Below, piece after piece: positions 33,900 through 46,400 of a DNA stretch of 64,000 bases. Both the position numbers and the translations under genes were made by a program. Under the pieces are notes generated by a model. That model did no database searches. It saw nothing but the letters and a program-made list of their open reading frames with translations, and was not told the DNA's origin. Source of the DNA: Klebsormidium nitens (taxonomy: Eukaryota > Plantae > Klebsormidiophyceae); contig DF237066.1 of assembly GCA_000708835.1 (NCBI GenBank), forward strand, positions 62,001 to 126,000. Direction: 5' to 3'. Numbering within the stretch: the first letter of the stretch is position 1; each line of letters opens with the position of its first letter.

Positions 33900-36800
33900 A
33901 ATCATCGTCATTGATTGCCTCGCCGACGTGAGGCCGAGGTTTTTTACGAGATGTGCAACTCTGGTGATCACACGTTCTTCGTCGATCAAAGTCAACAAGC
34001 GCCACACAATAAGTACTACCATCCACTCATTGTAGCTCGGCCTGGGATTCTGCAATTTAGGTACTGCACCTCGACCACCATAGCTTATGGACCTGCGGCA
34101 GCTTCTAAGTTCGTGAAAGATGTACCTACTTGATCTGCAAAGGGCGAACGAGGGGCGAGTGATCCAGGTCTTGTGAAACTTCTGGTTAGTGCAAGCTCTT
34201 CGTGATCTACCTACTGACATAGATGTCTCGCAGACATCAGCCGCTGCAATCCACCAACGCCTGCTCAACCGTCTAGATCTGCCCTCTCCGATAGAAAATC
34301 GCGACGCTTCTCAACATGGTTTCTTTCGCGAGCACGCGCATCGGTAGTGGGAATTGCCGCCTGCCGAGCTGCTCTCATGCTCCAAGGAACGTCATCAAAA
34401 TGGAAGCTGCGTCCTACAAGATACAGGTGTGTCTCCAGATCTTCCTGGAGATCCCTTGTCTTGCTGACCACCTCAAGTCCAATTGGTTTGGTTTTGCTCA
34501 ACGCTTTCTAAGTCGATCTTACAGGAGCTGGCATGTTGTGAGATGAGAGTTGCCTGCACATCAGGCCTTTGCTAGTGACGACCTTGTGGGAAATCTCAAT
34601 TCTGACATCACGCTACTCAATTGGAATTGGTTCGATGGGTCTTTGTGTCTCAAGATAAGTGAGGGTCGACTTCTCTCATCCCGATCAGGTGCAAATCTAG
34701 TTCAGAGCCATTCAAGCCACTTCAGTCAGAAAAGATAACTCAAACTTTGCTGCATGCTCTTTGATTCAAACCAAAGCAGAGGGGGATGGAGACAACTCTT
34801 ATCTTATCCTTTCTGAGAGAAGGTTTCTTTCACAAATAGATAGGAGAGAGGGTGCTTTTATTATTGATATAGGGGGGGCGCTTGGGGATTGGGGTTTGAG
34901 TCATTTAAGAGATGACTGGCTAAAGATGGCCCTTTCAATGGATTGAGCTTCAGTATTACAAGAGAGATCTGCACCATATTGGTGAACTGACTCGCGGCGC
35001 GTCTCTTGGGGCTTATTGACAATCCTGCATCTTTCTTGCTTAGTACTAGATGGATAAACTCTGAAATCCTTATCAGGCTCACTCCACGACAGATCTTGTT
35101 GGCAGCTGAAGTTTCTTATTGCGTGAGTTTGCTGCCCAGGACACAGCGTCGGCCGTTTGGGACAGCCCCTCTCTGCAATATTGGATGCCAGAATATCAAG
35201 CCCAAGTCGAACAAAGCGGAGCGGAAGGCTAAGATCCTTGTAAAGAAAGAAGAATGGTTCCCAGAATTGATTGATTTCCTTGTTGTCATCACTTGATGCA
35301 TCACAAAGCTGTGATTCGAACAAGTGGGCCCGTGTAAAGATGAATCGTTGAGGGGCAATGAGATGAACTTTAAATGAGTACTGTCCATTTGACAATTGCT
35401 TCCAACCCCCCCATGATGTTATGCCAGCTTCAACGATACTGGACGTTTCGGGTCTAAAGTTTACCGCTGGCATAAACCGTACTCCGACCTCAAATGAACA
35501 CATGTATTCATTGTATTCCAGGTTGGCGGGCTTTTACCAGGTCCAAAAACGCCGTCCGTGACCCAGCTCCTAGGGAGGCAGTCCCTGAAGCACAGCTTGG
35601 GTCTCCAAATACCCCTTCCGGTCAGAACAATCAGCGATGTGAAAGCACGTTATTCCGGAACGGTGTGCGCGCAAGGCCGGGGTTCATTTGATTCTGCTCA
35701 GCAGAGCCTTTGCGGAGATCGTCGCGGAGATCGTCCCGAATGGGCGATTCAGTCCCTTCAAACAAGTTCTGACGGGATGGGAGGGGGTAAGTAGTCTTCT
35801 TCTGAAGTAGTGGTCTTCTGTGAGTAGGCTTGCAGGCTTCTATTTGAGTGCAAGCATCTCACTCAGGGCCAGGCTATTCTACTTTTGTAGCTACTCCTTT
35901 CAGGTCGAAGCTCGCGGATTTTGAAGATCAGACTCAGGGAGTTTCGGCAGATCTTCCCAAGATTCCTGTGTACTGGCTGCACGGCCATGTTCGGTCGACC
36001 AAAGAGCCAGACGTTGTCAAAAGCCATAGCAGTGGGTCTGAATGGCCAGCAAAATCTGGAGGGTGATTTCGTGAAAGAAGAGCACAAAAAGATCTCAGTT
36101 AGAACGTTGAAGCATGAAAACTTCTGATACATCCATACGCATGCCCATTCCTCGAGAACCTCTTATGGGATTTTGACTCCGTGAGTGGCCCAACAGCTCG
36201 AGCCGCAAAGGCTATCTTGGCTCTTCGTCGAAAGGTATGCGAGGCGAATCGCTTTTTGACAGTTAACAAACCTTTTGTTGAAAGGGAATCAAGCGGAAAA
36301 ACGAAGACAGTCTTCCGAGAGAAAGAACAAAGACTGTTTCGAGCGTGAGAAAGCCCTTACTTTTCCCAAACAAGCTTTATCCAGTCCAACCGAGAATTCT
36401 AACATTCTGTTCGCTTTTAGATTCACGTCAGACATACGGCTCTCTGCAACACAATTGCCATTCATCTTGTGACTTCGCCCCCATGGCACTTCTGCAAGCA
36501 GTGGATCCGGCCGGAACGCCGAACGGGTGTCTATGAATTCGTAAGCCGTCAAGCCTGCAATAACAAGAACGCTTCTTTTGACCTACAGCGTACTCGCCCG
36601 TGCACGGGGCTCTCTCCGCTCTGGAGAAGGCGATCGGTCTGCTCGTCCGCTTCGGCGAGAGTAAGTGATCGGCCCGTCATTCCATCTTTTGGGCAGTTTC
36701 TGAACCTAGTTGAATTGATTCTTTTGTCAGCAGACGTATCACGGGATTGCAGGCAGATTGACGAGTTACTTCTGAATCGAAGTTCGTGCACTTGCTGAGT
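33900..36800 (-). pseudogene. Possible highly decayed non-LTR (LINE) ORF2 remnant
   Basis: Broken frames contain LINE-like fragments in the expected order: WGGWKQLSNGQ (~35400), LVLSKKDAGLSI (~35030, cf. LPKxxGGLGI), then PSFALCRSSRYIFHELRSC and WMVVLIVWRL (~34150-34010, zf-RVT-like). No YADD was recognised. Confidence 0.3.
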
Positions 36801-37479
36801 AGTTACTCCACTTTTGAGACCTTTGGATCGCCTACATATGGTCGCGGATAAGAGTAATCTTAGAGGGGCAGAAGGGAACGATCATGCAAGAAGACTTCAA
36901 CCTCGTCTCAAGTTTTGGAACTTGATCAACGAAAATGCAGTACGACCTTAACAGGAGAGGGAAAACAGAGTATGTCAGGAATCGGTCAAATCTCTCTCAG
37001 CATGCAGATCATATTTCAGTATCGGAAACGTTGCAAGGATGGGAACCCCTTACAAATGATCCGTACGCTACTCGACGACCAACGACACCAAAGTCCGTTC
37101 AGTATCGAATCCATTGGGGCACGCCCAGTACCAAGCCGTTAATGTTTAGAACCAACTCTACCCCGCTACCTTTCTTCTAAGCGAGATTTTCCTAAGCGAA
37201 TTTCTTCTCATTTGCTAGTAGGGCGTCAGTCTACAGACAGGTACAATCCAGGATTTGCAGTTTCTTTCATGCAATATCGCGTTCTTGAATTTACGTTAGC
37301 TGCGTTCTTCGAGTTCGACTTCACGCCTGCTTTACTGAAGACAACTGAAGCCTTCGACCGGGCATAGCCATTCATTTCTGGACCAGGCTTCCTATGCAAA
37401 GATCGGACCCTTCGTCACCGTTCCTCTCTTCTTCGCACCCACCAATCGTAGCACGGAAAAGGTTCTTATTACCTATTCT

Positions 37480-37924
37480 CCCTCGCACGCACGGGTCGAG
37501 TGGGAGTCCATTACAACCAATCATCTGACGCTCTTTCAACGGGGTCTGATGCCACCTCTCGTGACCGTTCCCTCTGTACGCACCAACAGCCTTTAGGAAA
37601 CGATCCCGATAAGCTTTGCTCTTCCGCATGCAGCGATACGAAAGGGAGTTCCTCGCACCCAATCTCCTGACGCTTTGTCAACGGAATCTGATCCGACTTC
37701 CCATGACCGTTCCCCTTTCCTCTGCACGTACCAACCGCAGTCTCAGATCAGTGATGACGTACTCTTTTGTACGCAGTGATACGGAGGGAGGTCGTCACAA
37801 CCAATCTGCTGAGGCGCTTTCAACGGGGTCTAATTCGACTTCTCGTGACCGTTCCTTTTCCCTCTGCATGCAACAAACGCACTTTGTTGAAGAATCCTGA
37901 CACGCTATGCTTCTTCGTACGCAG
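37480..37924 (+). repeat. Three echo copies (143-148 bp period) of the UbiA gene acceptor/exon start
   Basis: GTACGCAG|TGATACGGAGGGAGGTC occurs at AG ending 37924 (real) and 37776. GCATGCAG|CGATACGAAAGGGAG occurs at 37633, and a decayed unit lies at ~37490-37570. Confidence 0.85.
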
Positions 37925-38794
37925 TGATACGGAGGGAGGTCCTCATAACCTATCAGCTGACGCGCTCCAACGGGGTCCTCGCCGCCTTCCCCGGTCTAGT
38001 TCTCGGCCCGGTCGCTGCATTCGTTTCGCGCCGCGCGATCAGCGCATCTCTTCTGCGCGACCTCGCGCTGGCCGCCACGTGGCCCCTGCTGTACCTCTAC
38101 ACGTTCGAAGCCTGCAATCAACTGACCGGGTTAGAGGAGGACCGGGTGAACAAACCCTTCCGGCCCCTGGTAACCGGGCTGCTAACCGTGCCCGGGTTAC
38201 GCGTCCGAAGACTGGTCACGAACGCGCTTATGATCGCCGTTCTGTGGTCCTTCGGAATTGCCCATTACGGCGCTGCGCAGATCGCCATGAATTACGCGTA
38301 TCATCACCAGGGTCTAAGTAACCACGGAATCGCCAAGAGTCTCTGGAACGCTCCCGTCGCGGGTCTCATCATGGCCGCGGTGGCGCCTGGGTTCGGGGAT
38401 CCCCCTCACCGCCCCCGTGTGGGCCTGGATCGCCAACCTCTGCAGCGGCTGCGCGGTCCTCGTGACGCACCAGGACCTGAAGGACGTCGAAGGTGACGTC
38501 ATCAAGGGGCGGAGGACCGTCCCGGTGGTTCTGGGGGAGGGCCGCGCGCGGCGCGCGCTCGCGGCGGCATATGCCGCCGCCCCGTTCTTCTACTACGCGA
38601 CGATGCTGAGAGGGATCCCCGGCGCGGCGCGCTTCGTTCTGGCGGTGCCCCTTTTCACAGTCCTATGGTGCATAGCGTATCGCACGCTAGCGGCCGGGTC
38701 GAGGAGAGCGGATGCGGTCACGTTCCAGCTCTTCTCCTGGTGGTGCCTGTACATGATGGCGCTTCCCTTGTTCATATGGCCTTGCGGGTTGTAG
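37925..38794 (+). pseudogene. UbiA-superfamily membrane prenyltransferase/terpene-cyclase-like gene with a +1 frameshift; first exon not identified
   Basis: Asp-rich motifs NQLTGLEEDRVNKPFRPL and QDLKDVEGDVIKGRRTVP, with several hydrophobic helices. Removing one G at 38379/38380 joins ORFs 37924..38496 and 38417..38794 (IMAA-WRLGSGIPLTAPVWAW). This is either a pseudogene or a sequencing error. Confidence 0.8.
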
Positions 38795-40435
38795 ACGGGG
38801 ACGGCACCTTTTCATTTGCGGGTCGATCTATAAAAATCTGCGCGCTAGCTGAGCGACCATAAGCGATTAGCGCTTTGTTGCTCTTTTGTGACGGCTCGCA
38901 CACTGGGCACAGGGATAACTTGGCCAACTGGCTTCGGATAAGTGCAAAATGCACGCTTGTATAGGACTTTGTTTCGATGAGCCGGCGTTTATTCTCTGGA
39001 AGACGTTCCGTTGCCCACGCACGGGGCATTTTTGGTCACGTGCTTTTCATAGAAGAAAATAGTCGCAGGTTAACTAGTATTGCTCTGGATTCTCCCTAAG
39101 GAAACTGTCAACATATATTTGTTATCAAGCTGACGTTTTTAAAGTCGACAGGAAAGTTGGTCAGAGGACCGTAACCTTGTTGCGTAATTATCTGCTGGTA
39201 TGTATATAGTTACTTGCCCGAAGATGTAAGGCCCCAATGGGCGTTCACAACGCACCCTGAGAAGCCAGGACAGAAAACCCATATTGAGATATATTCATGT
39301 GCAAATGACTGGCCTGGCTCTGAAACCTTGGGTTCAACGCGCAGTCATACATAGCAACTTGGACTTCGAAAAGCAGAAACACCGGGCGCATAACCATTTC
39401 CAATCGTCCTCCTATCTAAAGTACATGATCTGTCCGCGCGCATGTCTTACTCAGCGGGGAGGTATAGATAGGCCGGCGCGTGTCACGCCTTTCTCCTGGC
39501 TGATCAGATTGGCATGGTAGTATATAAAAGTGCTCGTAACAGTCTACGGACGAGGATTGACTTATAGACCTGCTTGAGTGGCATGTAGCCGACGCCTACT
39601 GTACGCATACATGCACCTTGCAAAAGTGTTTGCCAGTGCATCGCCTGGCATCATCATTGAATCAAAAGATTGAGTACACATAATGCGTTCTGCAATTGAT
39701 GAATCAGTATAGCCCGGTATAGAAAGAGAACACGCATCAGTGCGGGCACGGCTGGTTTGATATCGATCGCGAATGCAGCGTATGTTTGTGTGCATAATCA
39801 CAGTGGCTTGCAGCTTGCATCGTCGGAATTAAGCTCAGTGCAAATAAACATGCAAGCATAGATCTAATTACGATCAAACGATTGAGCGGCTTCACGCACT
39901 TGCGTGGCCCCCATAATGATGCAGGCAGGCGCATCGCAACGATCAGGAGTACATGACAGTCACTACAACAAGCGCGCCGGTACTTGGTACGCTTTGGTGC
40001 AACTTTCAAGCACTTCCCGAGTCCGGAAGTCATATCATACTGTCATCGGCGTGCAACATCTGCCTGAAGTTGCCAAATCTGGGTATACGTCGCAAGATAC
40101 ACGTGCAGTCACTTGGATAGAAAGTTCTAGGCAAACGCTGAGCGCATATTGCCGTAGGTTCTGCGCCCATAATTGCGTGCCATGATGAGACATCTTGGAA
40201 GTTTGGTCGGACGCACTTGTCTTTTGCAGCATGAAGGAGCAGCATGAAGGACGTAACCGGTGACTCTCTATGCAGTCGTATCGGGCGATCTGTATCCCCG
40301 GCCTAAAGGACGCCAGGCTTGATGTCTTCCCATTACCGGACCTCGATAGCCCTTGCAGGAGCCGGAAACCGAAAGACACTCGTTCTATCTTCTATCAAAT
40401 GCCTAGAAGTCGAATCAATGCATTCCACGACAGTC

Positions 40436-43400
40436 TCAAAAGTCGCTGAACAGCATGATCATCTTTTCGAGCGCGAGCAGGCTGCTCTCCAGCACGGCCG
40501 CCACCTGCCGGAACTGCTCGAGCCGCTCCCGCTGGGCGGACGTCAGCGTGACGTGCGAGCCGTGCTCGCCCGCGGCGTTACCGGCCGCCATGTCGTCGCA
40601 GATGCTCAGCAGCTGAAACGAAGCGGACCCAAAATCAGCGAAATCGCTTCAAACGGCAGGAAACATTGTGCTGTAGACTAGGGTGATGGATGTTGTGTGT
40701 TAAAAAGTTCGGCGGCTGATAGGTGAGAAGGAAACGGATGATCAGCGGACGGAAGGAAGATCAGCTGCAATGATTGAGGGGGATGATATGACACCGTTGT
40801 GCTCGCATTCAGCGGTTTCCGGCCGCTAAGCCATTGCAGATACTCAGCAGCTGTACAAGACAGCGGAAGGAACGGAAAAGCATGCGAAAAGTGTTCCAGC
40901 GCAAATTGGAGTTGATTAAGATCGCAGGCATCGTGCTCGCTTATGGTGTTACTAACCGCTAGATGCACGCAATCCAGGCGAGAACGAAACGGAACGTCAG
41001 CAGAACCCGCAACACAGAGCATAAGACCATTGGGATATAAACCACCTCAATGCAGACCTGGAGTCAGGAAGATGCGACTTTCTGTGCCAGCTCATGCTGC
41101 TGTTGGAATTAGAGTGAATGCCTCCTCGCACAAACCGTCGAAGCCTCGTGGTGCAAAAAATGTCGAGCTCTTAAAAGCCAACAGAAGGAATACGCAGGGG
41201 ACAGAAACCCGAAAAGAAAAGCCTTGATGCTTAAACAAGCGGACACCTTTTCTTGCGCCACTTCGTCCTGGACCGGTTTCCGCGGGTTCGGTAGCCGCTG
41301 GTTCATTTCTCGCCGCCTTCTTCAAAGATGAAAGAAGCGACAGGCGTCTGACCAACATCTCAACCTTTCAACCCCGTTTTGCCAAGAAGAGGTTGACCAT
41401 TTCAGCGCACTGACCTCTTTCTCTTGCGCCAATTCGTGTTGCAACCGGTTCCGCAGGTTCGACGCGCCGTGGTACATCTCATCGAGCGCGTGTTCGGACA
41501 CCTGTGGAATGTTCACCCGCCACAAATAGAACGTCCGCGACGCCACGTGGTCCGCCGTTTTCGCCAGCTCCTGCGGGCATATGGTGCGACGACGTTTTGA
41601 TACGTGTCCACTTTTCCGATCGCTTCTTCCCATAAATGATGGTGAAGGACGGACTATCCGAGCGGTCGGCTCCTGATGTGGGTTGTCGGAGCACTTAGAA
41701 AAGTGAAAGATGGACCATTCAGTTGCCGACGTCAGCGATAAATGGACACGCAGATGCCAACGTCAGCATAACGAACCACTCATTTGCCAATGTCAGCAAG
41801 AGATGGACCACTTAATTGCCGACGTCAGCCAGCCACCGCAGCTCGCTTGGAGAGCTTAAACCGTCGGCTGCTCTTTTAAGCATCATTATCAGCGTAGGAC
41901 GCGGACCCTGTCTAGAGCTCAGTATATGGTCCAACGCACTTCGTCAGGTGCCCATATCGCAACGACTCTCCAGTAGCGGTTAAAATTTTCGGGCCTATTC
42001 CAGACCGACATACCCAGATCCGTCCGTTTCCTTTCTGCAAAAACAACGAAATTTCAAGATCCTTCAAAGCGCAGAATGTGAAGTCTTACCTGTAAGCTGA
42101 CGTAGTGTCCTTTCAGTAAAGTGTACAGAAGCTGCCGCGTGTCCTTGATAGGAATCATCGCCATCTCGCCAATCTGCCGAAAGAGGAACACTTCGTTAGT
42201 CCTTTTCGGGATGATCTTCAACTCCGCTTCCGTAGAGTTCGTTATCTGCAGCGTCCTCTTCTTGGTCTGTCCTGCATCGACCGTCGGCTCACGTGGCAGA
42301 TTCCAAACTTTGTGTCTGTGTCTCCCGCTGCTGCGGAAAAACTTTGAGACAACTGCAGAACAGATACAGAACGGTGACAGCCAGGCCACGGACTTGTTTA
42401 CGCCTTCGCATGCGCGTCAAACGCAGCACCCAGAAGATGTGAACCAACTTTCGGAACAATCCATCATTCCGTTGCTGCCCCCGACTTAACAAGCAAAAGA
42501 AAGCATAAAAACGACAAACGATGCCCCAACCGACCTATTTCGGATCCAGGGTGCGCTGCATGCGTACCAGCCGAGATTCATGAACTGCGATAAACAAATA
42601 GGTCTGATAGATCGCCAATATAAAAGGAGAAGAGGCAGCTCCCGAGCCATTTCCCGACCTGTTTTTGCTTGAGCATTCGCTTCAAGCGCAGGAGGCGAGA
42701 AACATGAACTGCGATAAGTAGATAGGTTTGATAGATCCACAGTTCAAAAAACGAAGAGGAAGCTCCCGCGCAATTTACCGACCTGTTTCTGCTCTAGCAT
42801 TCGCTTCATGCGCAGCAGCCGGAAAATGCGGCACGCGCCTTGCCCGAACCGGTTGCGCACGACCGACTCCAGCTCGCGCTCGCGCATCTCCGCTACCACG
42901 TGGGCCATGTCTAACGGCGGATGGGGATGAGTCAAGGATGCACACACGCGAACTTCAAGGCGTTCTCTCTTTTGCCTCGATTGGGAGGCTTAGGAAAAGG
43001 CATGGGACCACGGAAGGACTCGGAACATTCCCGTGATCTTCTATTATCGTCTGCCTGAATTTGGAAGTCGGAGCAGAGTACGTGAACAATGAAACGACTT
43101 GAGGTCCTGACGTAGACAAAACGAGAATGAGGATGCAAATCTGGCGGTACATCTGGGGCCTTCTTTTTGCATTGTCAGAAGCAGAAATTGCGTATGCAGC
43201 CCACAACCTTGTTGAAACACCGAGCAGATAGCACCGCGAGAAAGAACCAAAACGACAGCGTAAGGTTCGGGCTTCAAGCAAACGGCGACCAGATGGCGGA
43301 AAACAAATGCAGATTCGCCGCCAGAAAGGATACCGACAGCATACGTCCCCCCCCCGAGTTCGTTCTCCTTCGTTACCATCGCCGAGCCTTCTTCCGCCAA

Positions 43401-46400
43401 TTGTTCCAAGGCCGTTCGGATGCTTGACTTGGGCAGCGCGGAACCCGCGGGGGAGCTTCGGAGGATGGTGTGAATGGCCTCCACCGAGACCGGGCCTGCG
43501 ATATGAAAAGTTACCCCCCTCAGACACGCTCTCAGAATATATTGTAAACAGTGAGGCACGACAAACCTTGTGAAAAAATGCAGACTCGTGGAAAATGAAG
43601 GCTTCTTTACTGCGGACAACCAACTGCTGCGCTCATTGTTTCATCTCCTGGGATCCCACGGCTGAAAGCAACGCAGACACTCGCAAGACTTCAAAAGCGT
43701 TTTGGGAACATCGAGGGCACGGCGACGAATGTCATTGGACGGCTCCAATAGCTTTGGGAATGATTTGAGGCCCGCATCCGACAGCTTTTCCTAGCTGCCG
43801 CGACTAGCTGAAAGCTAATTCAAAGGCGCTGTTTCGGGCACCTTCCTGGGAAAAGATCAAAAGAAAGGCAGAACAGATCTCGCATCACCTATGTTCGCCT
43901 CCTTATTTCAGAGAGTAAATTGAATCATGACCACGGGAACAATCAAGATCAACCGGACGGAGTCCGGATCCCTCCGGACTGACGGAATCCGAACGCCCCC
44001 GGACTAACGGAAATCTGACGGCCCCGGAGTGACCGGATCCGGACGCCCTCGGACTGACGGGAAATCCGGAAGTCCCCCGGACTAACTCACCGGAGGCCTT
44101 CTCTGCGACGCTCTGTTCCTGGCCACGTGTCTCTGTGAGCATCGTCCGAACCGCAGCCCCTGCCGTCGGACCCATCCTCTCCTCTACGAACTCTGACATT
44201 GCCTGTAGGTTAGACAGGATTATCCACGGGGTTAGAATAAGCTTTTAGGAGTGTGTCGCGAAGTGTGCCGCTGACTCTGACAGCATTAACATTTTTGACA
44301 GTCGGGATCTCGCACGGCAGTATTATCAGTAAGTGCCGTGGCAAGCTGCAAACTGCTTTGTTCCGTGCATGGCCTATGGACAGAGAAAGGGCAGGATCGC
44401 GGGACAGTTGCGAGGCAAGGTGCCCGCGAAAACGGTGCAGAGACGACAACAAACACAAGCAGCACAAGACGGGTGGAATATTCTAGATGAAGTAGGCAGC
44501 TTAAATAGAAAAAAGCTTTTGAAATAAAACTTGGGAAATCCGGAATGAAATTGATTCTCATGGACTCTCATAGCGACCTTTAACTTCTTCATCACACAGC
44601 CGGTCATACTGTGAATCGACGTTCCTGTACTCCAGGATTGAAGCGCTCACAATAAAATTTGCGTTTGGAGACAGCAGAGCATAAACACGTGCCTCGACAA
44701 CTTGCAAGGTCATGACACCTAAATGCGCTTGGTCAGCATAACCCAACAGTTAACCGGCTGGAGAACGGCTTCGTTAGGAGAAGGCAATTGCCGTCATGCC
44801 TTGAGCAAGTGACGAAGCTCCCAGTTCGCTCTCGAAGCCCACGACTGACGGAGAGGAATGACCAGTCTCACACGTCGTCAATGACCACTCGAACCAAGTC
44901 CTGACTTCTGTATTCAAGTTCACCCAAACACTCAAATCTGGATCAAGTGATGACTCAATCTAGCACTGAATTTGTGCTCACTTTTTGCGAAGTGCATACA
45001 TAGCGGCCAGGAAACAATGAACTTGTGCTCAAAGCAGCTGGTTAGCGCATTGGGTTAGGCAGCACCAAAGCACTGACCTCGTGCCTAAACCGCCGCGTGA
45101 ACTCGTCGTAGTTGACCCGCCACACTAGTTCCTCCTCATCGGCCTTCTGCTTGGCGGCCTGGGCCGCCTGTTCCGCCAGCTCCGCTTCACGTTTCCGCTG
45201 TGAGAACGGAACGCGTTTTTGAGTTTGGAACAACCCCGTTTGAATGGAACTATTTCCGTTGAGTGGCTTTGATCTTGACGTAAGATCTGCTTAGGCTCGA
45301 AGGTTGACTTGAAGAACTGGAGTCCTGTCCTCGTGCTTTCTGCATTGCCAACTTGGTCGCCTCTTTCATCATTGCGCTCTGGAATTAAAAGACAACGCAA
45401 GTTACCGGGACTCCTCACCGTCCTTTGCCAAGCGCCTTCGTCTCTGACAAAAGTCGGGACGCCATTGGACATTCTTCGCATCTGACATGGCTTGCATCTG
45501 ATGAGCTCGTGACCTGATCCGAGCTCTTATGAGGCTTCTCAACTTTGACCTGCCAAACGCCTCTGCTTCTGCTGGAACCGGTGCACAATTTTCTTTGCGA
45601 GCCTTCTCTGGCCAACTCCTCTGACTGACAGCGGCAGCTCGTCCAACACATTTCAGTCATCTCCGTAAAGTATGAGCTACATCTAAACCTCTCACCTTTG
45701 ACCTGAAGAGCGCTTTTGTTGCTGCAGGAGTTGGTGCTTCACCATTTCCAATTCAAGTTTTCTTTGGCAGAGTTTTTTGACTTACAATCAAGTTCTCCTG
45801 AAACATCTGAAACACATCTAAAAATGTACAGCTACCAGCAAGATCTCTCACCTTCGACCTGCCAAGCGCCTTGGTTTCCGCCGCGGTCTATGCGCCCTTT
45901 ACCAACCCGAGCATCTTTGGCACAGCTTTTCTGATTCCACAATCAGTCTCTTTCTTTTGAAACATCTGAAACTCATCTGATAAAGAACCAACGTTCACCG
46001 AGATTTCTCACCTTCAACCTGCCGAGCGCCTTACTTTCTGCCGCGATCGGCGCGCCGTTTTCCAGTCCCAGCCTTCTTTGGCAGAGAATTTTTGACTGAC
46101 AATCAGATTCTTCTGAAACATTTGAAACTTATCTGATAAATTACCGGCTACCACCGAGATGTTCTCACCTTCAATCTGCCAAGCGCCTTTGTTTGTACCG
46201 TGGCCGATGCACCGTTTTCTATCCCGAAACTTTTTCCGGCGAAACCCTTCTGAGTAAATGCACCGATAGTTCGAAACATCTGGAGGTCGTCTGATAAGAT
46301 CGTCTAAAAAGAATTCGCCACCATAAAAAAATTCACCTTCGTCCTGCTGAGCGCCTTCGTTTCTGCCGCGGTCGGCGCACCATTTTCCAGCCCGAGAACC

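Noticed and set aside
33740-33930. Plus-strand Cys/His pattern resembling a zinc knuckle
   Set aside because: It is interrupted by stops and conflicts with the better minus-strand LINE-like reading.
36990-37245. Candidate first exons for the UbiA gene
   Set aside because: A phase-1 donor near 37052 fits, but nothing independent supports it, so the start was left unassigned.
39280-40300. CATG/TGCA-rich intergenic tracts (also 56250-56850)
   Set aside because: They may be CpG-decayed repeat remnants, but no termini, ORF or repeat unit could be defined without counts.
40319-40681. 120-aa plus-strand ORF
   Set aside because: It is antisense to the last RPC3 exon.
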